Assembly: GCA_965153455.1 (NCBI GenBank)
Contig: OZ234493.1
Span: 26,898,213-26,962,212 of the forward strand
Length of the DNA stretch: 64,000 nt
Source: Sphagnum compactum
Lineage: Eukaryota
Reading direction: 5' to 3'
The position numbers and the translations under genes are program-made. The notes beneath the pieces were generated by a model that saw nothing but the letters and a program-made list of their open reading frames with translations, was not told the DNA's origin and searched no databases. This document shows, piece after piece, positions 55,662 through 64,000 of the stretch. Positions within the stretch are counted from its first letter, which is position 1. Each line of letters opens with the position of its first letter.

Positions 55662-56562
55662 GATTCTAGGACTGCGATGTTGACGTGTGCAGGTAATTTG
55701 GGGCTCCAGCTTGGTACTGTGTTGAATATTTGGCAGTCGAAAATGGGTTGAGAGTTGAAGACGTTTCGCGTTAAGCTAGTGCTTCGTGTGTGCAACAAAG
55801 TTCTGAGCCAATTCATTCACAGGTGCTGCTATGAAGCTGATGAGACAAAGGGAGAAGGATTGCACACCCAATGAGACCAAGACCAATCTTGGGTCCCACG
55901 TGCATGTTGCATATTTGCAGTAAACTTCGGCGACTTTGTACACCATCCGCGTTGTATTATCTTCGTTCCTGGTAATCTGTGTATATGCTACAGCCCCACC
56001 CGGGATCTCCACGCCGCCAAACCTGCAGCAATAGGCCTCTTTTTTAGATGGCCATGTTTGTCAATACCTATCCGAAAAGCACTGGCACATTTTTTTCATT
56101 TGTGTCTTCAAGAGACTTTCTCTCACTTACCAAAGATTTACCTCCATTTTACTTGATTCAGTTTTATGATTAATGGCGTTTAAAAACAAGAAAATATTAT
56201 CGTTGCTTTACACCTGGGAGGTTCAGATTTTAAATCTGCTGAATCGCAGCAAAACAGAAATCATATAAAAAAGAACTTAAATTCAAAGAACATTTTTTGC
56301 TAATTTCTTTTCCAGAATTGAAAAAACATGTAGAAAGAACCATGCTGCGTGGTTTACCGGGCATCGCTGACAGTATGAGACTTGACACGGTCTATTTTCA
56401 TCTAAATAGAAAAGTGGCTATGACACTTTCTTCCAAGAAGTGAAGTTTGTGGAGTCTTTGGGCCAATGAGAGCTGATGTTGACACCTTGTGCTGACTAGT
56501 AGGTCACTAATGCAATGAAGGTCGAAGGTTCTGGCTTATAACTTGGGACTTGATAGCCAACA

Positions 56563-56798
56563 GAGCATCAAGCTTCTCATCATCGTTGAATAGCAGGTTT
56601 CGTCAGGTTTCTGTTGAACAAAAAAGCAAAAGTTTCCAACAATGGCTGCACTTGGAAGATAGATTTTGGGACTTTCGGCTGAGCATCAAGCTTCTCACCA
56701 TCGTTGAATAGCAGGTTTCGTCAGGTTTCTGTTGAACGAAAAAGCAAAAGTTTTCAACAATGGCTGCACTTGGAAGATAGATTTTGGGACTTTCGGCT
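56563..56798. repeat. Tandem duplication, 2 x 118 bp
   Basis: gagcatcaagcttctc...gggactttcggct starts at 56563 and 56681, with a few substitutions. Confidence 0.92.
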
Positions 56799-57800
56799 AG
56801 CCAAATTGAGACTAAAAGAATCTTTTCCATTGTTAGAGTCCTCACAGCACTCAAGAGATGTCAGCTTCAAACTGACAATATGGACAAGCTAATATTTATC
56901 CACAAGAATTGGCAATCTGATCTTCGTGTTGGTTGTTTAAAACCATTTGATTTGACAACTATTTTTGAAGCAGAATTTGACTTGACAAACGAGTTGGATG
57001 CCAAATTTGTGGATGAAATGGAACATGAAGAATATGCATATGGGGATTTGTAGTTGTCAAAAGTCTTTTCTCACATGTGAGGAATAGTTGAATATGAAAA
57101 TGACGAATTGATTACATGTGTTAGGGTTTTGTGTAAAAAGTTTTTTCATGTTTCTAAATTCTGAAGTCTTCAATCTTCATGGTGTTTCAATGTGAAACGT
57201 GGATAGTTTGAAGATTCTAAATTCATGGTCTTTGAAGTTCAGTTTGTGTTGGTTTGCAAAGTTTATAATGTTTGAACTCTCAATTGTTTTGAAAGGTTGT
57301 TTATGGTTTTGAGGATGTGTTGTCTATTGTCTAGTTGTTTTTCAATTTGTGTCTTTGCGTCTTTCAAATTTACTTTGTGTCTACCTTTTTAGAGTATGAA
57401 TGTTTGTGACATTTTGGGTGTACTTTTTGCTTAACTTAGTCTTTAAAAGTCTGTATGCAATGTTTGTGAAGGTTCTTGTCTATTTTCCTTTCAAGGCCTG
57501 CTAGTTCTTTGTCTTTCTAGGTCTATTATCTACTATCTAGACTCTTTACTATTTATTATCTAGGTTAGCTATTTGTTGATTACTTGTCTGTCTGTTTGTC
57601 TTTGAGGATATATGTACAATATCTATCTATTGTTTGCTTGTTTGTTTATGTTTGTCTTTGAATGTTTCTTGTTTGTCTATTTATTTGTTTACATCATTTA
57701 GGGTTATAGGTTGTGTCCAACTTTGAAAGTTAGTATGTGTCTTTGTTTTTGAGGGACTGAGTGAAGGTGTTAAACTTCGAGGTTAGTTGGATCAAGCTTT
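56700..57800 (+). mobile_element. hAT transposase C-terminal dimerisation remnant plus T-rich 3' tail
   Basis: SQIETKRIFSIVRVLTALKRCQLQTDNMDKLIFIHKNW matches the hAT dimerisation-domain pattern (ER.FS...R..L....L.F...N). Confidence 0.72.
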
Positions 57801-59659
57801 TGATTTCTGGAGCATGTTAGATGAAAGGAACTTAGAATAATTTGATTAAAAAAACCATATCTAACAAAAACAAACAATCATTCTAATTCATGCATGTTGG
57901 TTAGACATTAGGATGAGTTCTTATAATTAGATTTAGAATTTAGAAGTACAGAAAAAGATAATGTTATGCCTTTCCAAAACTCTTTCTTAATAAAATTCTT
58001 TTTTTGAACTTTGGATTGCAATTTCATATCATGAACCTTAAACCCTAAAGAACCAAGTAAAAAATCAAGAGTGATTGTGAGGGCTTTTGTCAAAAGAACC
58101 AGAATTTAAAAAACTCAATAGGATATTGGGTAGGGTTTTTGATAAAGACCCGAGATTATATACCCGCCTTCAAATGCATTGAACCTCCGGACCCACCTCA
58201 CACCCATTGCTCCTTACATTTAAAAAACCCGGATTTGAAATTTCTAATTTCAATAGACCTGGAACCGTTGTGGATTTTTTATAAAAAAAATCTGAAACCC
58301 AGACCTGACTATTATCAAAAGAATTACATACCTGCGCCACAACTGGTGTAAACTAGTGGCTAATTTTAAGGTCCTTAACACTAAATTAACACTGGAACTA
58401 ACACTAGGTGTGACCTACCTAAAGATATGCATGTTCCCAACATTTTATATCCTTCTTCTTGGCTCATCCTTATTGAGGCCTTCCCAAGAAGTAACCAGTT
58501 TTGGTGTCCTATGCAGGCAACCCTTCAGGCTCTAAGGTGGGACAGACAACCCCTATGCTGGTTCCCCTTTGATGTGGTCAGTTTCACGTATTTGAATCTA
58601 TGGTGGAGAAAACTAGTTGCGCTTTGGACAGGACTGGGTAGGACCCATTATAAATAATGGGAACAACAGCTTGTCCCACCAGGCTCACTTCATTCCAATG
58701 TAGAGCCAATTCCTAGTACAGAATGGGGATAGATGGTCAGGATAGACATGGTTTTTTTCTTCAATATAATAAGGGCCATCCCACACAAAGTTAGGATAGT
58801 AAAAGAATTTGTAATCTCACTCCCTGATTGACTAACTCCTGCTTTTTTGGCAATTTTTTATAAAAAGAATTCAAAAGAAAAACCATTGTAGGGGTCACAA
58901 GTCACAACCCCCAAAAATCCCTGGTAGTGAATTCTGCCAAAAAGGTCCAACTTGGGATCCTTTCTTGCAGCTCAAGTTTGTATGGACAATACTGATATAT
59001 GGTCACATTATGATACCACATCTTGGCAACCTTTTGTGACCTCTTTTTTCAAATTTGTCATGTAGCCACAGTGGCAAGCATCCACAAGAGAGGAAAGAGC
59101 CAAATTTGGCTACAGTTCAAAGACGACAGTAGACGTGTTTTTAGAATCCTCTTATGTTTTGGTGACGCACAAACAATAACCCAGAGTCCAAATAGGTAGG
59201 GTGTTCTTTAGGAAAGGCTATTGGTCCAGCCCAAAAATAGTGGCAGCCAATTTTAGGAAGAGAATTTTCATGCAACCAATGAGAAGTCGTCATGGAGGGA
59301 AGGGGCGTACCCATTTTTTTCTTGTGGGTGGTCACTTTCACGTTTTTCTCCTTGGAATGGGGCGAACTAAAAGGCATCTAAAATGAATCTTGTGAAAAAG
59401 AAAGTGTGGCCCCTATATGTGAATCTTTTCCCCAAAAAATCTGGCTAGTTGGTTGGTGCCATACAAGTTTGTTGATTTTGACCCAGCAACTCTGCCCCAA
59501 AAGGCTCTGTCCTGAAAATAAGGTACTTCATTTAATGTTCTACTATGAACTCAAGTTATATTGGATGAACGTTTGTTGGCTTTATGAAAGGCCACAAGGT
59601 GCCAACAAGGCAAATTCAAGCCTCAAGGTGCTAACATTTGGAGAGTAATTAATTAGGTG

Positions 59660-61620
59660 AAAAATGCAACATTTACATGCATATTTTCACAAACGTTACA
59701 CTTTAAATAAATGAAGACATTAATGGTTTTTTGTTATACATTGAAAGTTTGTTTGGTAATTTGGATGCAATATAAATCAGTTTGTGAAAATTTGACCAAT
59801 ATGCTTCTGTTACATTATATTTGCATTCATTTACAGGGACATTTGCTCATATATGATCTAATTGAGATCTAGCTTTTGTGGTGCTTTCATTAAATTATGA
59901 TTTTAATTGGAATTTATCCATAAAATATAATAATTCTTGTTTATTTTTTCGTTGGTTATTGTCTTTTAGAATGTCAACATTAAAATTTCTCATAATGTTG
60001 ATTGGACAATGTTCATGAGATTGTTGAATTATAATTTGAAAATTGTTTAGGAATGTAAAAATTGAACATGAATAAGATTTATACACACATACAATATGTA
60101 TTACTTTTCATGTATTAATATTAAAAGTTGTTGCTATATATTTTAAACCATCATTAGTTATTGTATTGATGGAATCTACGTGCATGTGTATGTCATACAT
60201 CATCATTAACCCATGACCATCATGGATTGAAATATATGAATATTTCAATGAATTTATAAATTTGTGCACATCTATTGATGCATGGTGTATTATTGTTTTT
60301 ATAAAACATAAGATATGAGACATTTGAAGGTTATGATCATGATTGATGTTTTTGTAATGTTGGCATAAAAAAGTTATATGTGAGGCTTTTATAATTGCAT
60401 GAAAATTATGTAAGTTTTTTAATTGAGGAATTATGGGTATCCAAGTTACAATTGTTTTCAATCTATTCAGTTTTGCATGTGCTCTTAGATCCACATAAAA
60501 AATTTCATGTTGGAGAGGAGCTAACAAAAATAGATTTTTTTGTTTGAATGCGGGATATTGTTATATATGTTAATCCATGTTTTTTTTTGTTAGTGGGATC
60601 AAAAACCAATTTATCTAATGATAATCCTTGAGAATGATGAATGGTTCTTATGGCTACAAGTTGAATTGGAATTGTTGGGTGGTTATCGATTACAAATTGA
60701 AAGTATAAATTCAATATCCTTTGTATTTTCTATTGCAATACGACATTTGTTCAAAGTTTTTATAAAGACCATATTAAACTATTGCATAACTTTATTAGTT
60801 CATAACATTGGAATATGTTTGCCAAAAATTTGGTGTTAGTGCATTAACATTATTTTTGATATTTTGAAAAATCCAACTATCTTTTACAAGGGGTACTTAA
60901 TAGAAATCACCTATCATGATAACATCAATAACACCAAAGAATTTGTTTTGAATGTGTTTTATGGACCTTAGCCTACTATCTACAACATTAAACATTCTAG
61001 CACCAACAAGTGATATTTCATGTAAGTTGTAATTGTTCATATCAACATGTAAACTTATTTAATGAATTTGATGATAAGTTTGGTAAACTAGATAAGGATT
61101 GTTGGATAGGTATGTTCAATGTTGAATGTATTGTTAAACTATCAATATTGAAAGCAATTTTACCTATTGATGCCATAATTAAAGCCTTGGTTTTTGTTAA
61201 GTTAGAAAAGATGTTTCTATTGTATAATCATAATAATTCTTGAATTATGAGTTTTAATGTAAAAGTTTTACCAATTCCAACACCCTTGTCAAAAATAAAC
61301 TTATTAATGTAATAGGTTCTAATTGTTTTCTATGCATAACATCATCAAATATTAATCTTTATTTTTCATTTAATCATCTAAGTAAATTACAATATTTAAA
61401 TTTTTCCATCATCATGGAATATGATGATTTTGTGAAATTTTCATTTTCTAAAAATTGTGATTTTTGGTTTGATTCATTATGTGATTGAATGACAAAGTTA
61501 GATTATAAATCATAACGTTCAATATTGATTGTGTTTCTTACAAGAATTATAGGACATGGATCATTTATTTCATTATCTATATCATTAGTCCAAATGTTAG
61601 TTGAACATAATGGTTTTGAT
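59660..61620 (-). mobile_element. Decayed Helitron/Helentron: PIF1-like helicase followed by an AP/EEP endonuclease domain
   Basis: Minus strand: Walker A-like G.GKTFTLKLIIQEL (about 61290), ALIMASIGKIAFNIDSLTIHSTLNIP, FFGVIDVIMIGDF, PIQLV..RTIHHSQGLSLD...HGLTYITISR. Downstream: SHILCF...YDG.GLMM and IIM.NFNVDILKD (degenerate GDFN motif). Confidence 0.8.
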
Positions 61621-61700
61621 TTTGAATCTATTGAATCATCCATTTTTTCTGTATTTGAATATGGCATTTGGTAGTTGAAAATAGATTTAATCTTAAAGAT

Positions 61701-63158
61701 TATGGTTTAGGTTTAAGGTTTGGACACATAAATTATTTAACAAGTTTTTCACAAATCTATAGTAATTAACCTACACTAGGCTAAATTCGGGGGAAATTTT
61801 TAGGGTTTAGACATATGTGAAGTAATACAATTTCATTTTATATCTTTTTCAAAGAGAGTGGAAAAAATTAGTTTGGAAAGTCACATAAAGGTAAGAGACA
61901 TATCTTTTTTTTTTTTTCACAAAATTTATTTGATTATTTTTTGAAGACTAAGGTTTTTTTTCGATCAGTAAATTTTGTAATTTAAAAGCTTTAAAAATTG
62001 CCTTAATTTTTTTGAATAATTAAATAAAATTTGTAACAAAACACAAAAGAAGGTATGTCTATTACCATTTGGTAATATTTCCAAATTAAGTTCTTTCACT
62101 TTCTTTTTAAAAATATAAAATGACATTGGATTGTTTTACATATGTTTAAGCCCTAAAAATTCTGCCCAAAATGCACCCTAGATTTATTTTAATTATTATA
62201 GACTAGTAAAAAAATTGAATTCATTTATCAGTCCCAAACTCTAAACCTAAACCATAATTCTAACATTAAGTAGTAAATTTTACATTAGACCTTAACCCCT
62301 CATATCATTAATGCGACCAATTTTGCATTATGTTCATTTTTATATATGTTAAATCATACTATAAGGTGAATAAATAATTTTGAAAACATGAATTTCATGA
62401 TGTATTGGTGAGGAATCAAATATTTAAAAAATATTTTTATGTTTCATCGTTAATGAATTATCACAATATGATACAAGTATTGCATTTAAACAAAAGTGGG
62501 TTAGGAAATATTGAATTTTAACAACTATGGAACATATGGAAACAAGAAGATTCATAATTATGTTATAGATCTAAACAAATGATAAGATAAAAAATGAATA
62601 CAATGAGCAAAATCTAGAATATAAACCTTAAGCCTTAATATATATGAATCAAATTCCTAAACATTAAATCATAAGGCATAACCCTACAAATTCAAATGAC
62701 ATTTTGCCATAAGCCTTATTACAACCCTGACTATATAAACCTTAACAACAAAAAGTCCTAGTGATATATGCCCTAAAACCCTATACAAAGTATACAAATA
62801 TATAACGCAAAACAAAAAAACTAAAAAAAACATAGGAAGAAATTTAAAAACCAAAGTTTAAAACTTTTAAACTACAAAGATTTACTAATTTAAAAAAAAC
62901 CCTTAATCTTAAAAAATAATCAAATAAATTTTGTAAAAAACCAAAAGAAAATATATGTCTTTTACCTTTCTGTATCTTTCTAAACTAAATTTTTCCACTT
63001 TCTTTGAAAAAGATATAAAATGAAACTGTATTATTTCACATATGTCTAAACCCTAACCCCCCCCCCCCCAAATTTAACCTAGTTTAAATTAATTACTATA
63101 AATTTGTGAAAGCCTTGTTAACTAATTCATATGTCCCAACCTTAAACCTAAACCATAA
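61701..63158. repeat. Foldback structure with three related 260-295 bp arms
   Basis: 61701-61995 is the reverse complement of 62860-63158 and, more divergently, of 62000-62258. Shared terminus tatggtttaggttta / taaacctaaaccata. Confidence 0.85.
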
Positions 63159-63399
63159 AATAATACATACTTATAACAATTACATGAAAAAATGTATTGT
63201 AATGTCCATTCCATAAATAAATTAGGTAGACAAAATTTAGTAAATATGCATTAACTAAACCAAAATGGCTGCAATTATGACATTGTTTCCATTATAAACT
63301 GTTTATAATACTTACATATGGGGACCTATGTTCATCATCCATGAACTAGGGTGAACCTTAATAAATTGATAAGTAAGATTGGGGGGTTGGGTGTGGGGG

Positions 63400-64000
63400 G
63401 GGGGGATGAATAAGTAACTAGTTAGGTATTTGTTATGTAAAAAACATAGGTAGGTAGGTAACATAGTGGTAGGTAGGAAGGTGGGTGCATTGTTAAATAA
63501 GTAGGTATAAAGGTAGGTAGTTGGGTTAGCAGGCAAGCTAGTAAGTAGAAAGGAAGTTCAAGGAGCAAGGTAGATAAGTTACGAGGGTAGGTAGGCATGT
63601 AGGTAGGCAAGTTAGTAGGTAGGAAGAAAGTTACACTAGCAAGGTAGCTAAGTAGATAGGCAAGTTAATACATAGGAAACAAATTACCTTATAAGGTGAT
63701 TAGGTTTGTAGAACACTTATGTCAATAGGGTGGTTGTGTATTTAGGGTTGTTAAATAGTAATGTAACTAAGTCAGTAGGGTAGATAGTTAGTACAATGGT
63801 TAGGTTAGTAGGGTTGTAATTAATAGGATAGTTAGGTTAGCAAGGTAGGTAGTTAGTATAGTAGTTAGGTCAGTAAGATAACTAGTTATTAGGGTACCTA
63901 TGTCAGTAGGGGATAATTAGTAAGGTACCAAAATTGGTACAATACTTATGAGGGTAGGAAGGTGAGTAGGGTAGCTGTGTGTGAGGTCAGGTCCAGGGAA
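63400..64000. repeat. Degenerate (GGTA)n low-complexity tract
   Basis: Recurrent taggtaggta/gtagg units with strong strand purine bias. Confidence 0.8.

Noticed and set aside
63312-63610. Pro/Thr/Tyr-rich ORFs
   Set aside because: Translation of the degenerate (TACC)n repeat.

Overview
Eukaryotic, intron-rich, AT-rich plant DNA. It is probably a moss or other bryophyte (Sphagnum-like); this is inferred from gene content and repeat style, not proven. Three apparently intact host genes can be read: the 3' end of Mediator subunit MED18 (+, 166-769), an LRR plus coiled-coil gene resembling the centriolar protein LRRC45 (-, 27347-20404), and an 18-exon LRR receptor-like kinase with one GC-AG intron (-, 55661-46266). 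There is also a papain-family pseudogene exon and an intact, CpG-rich 147-aa orphan ORF lying antisense next to a putative LTR (40665-41108). The rest is mostly decayed transposons: a Tourist-like MITE, a truncated Copia element, a CACTA element with a 3-bp TSD and a nested solo LTR, pogo/DDE_1, hAT and SWIM/MULE-like remnants, a Helitron carrying an AP-endonuclease domain (Helentron-like), a three-arm foldback repeat and several tandem duplications. No rRNA, tRNA or CRISPR array was seen, and no clearly new biological system is proven. The best leads are the orphan ORF, the LRRC45-like gene and the Helentron-like remnant. All family assignments come from recalled motifs; no database search was run.
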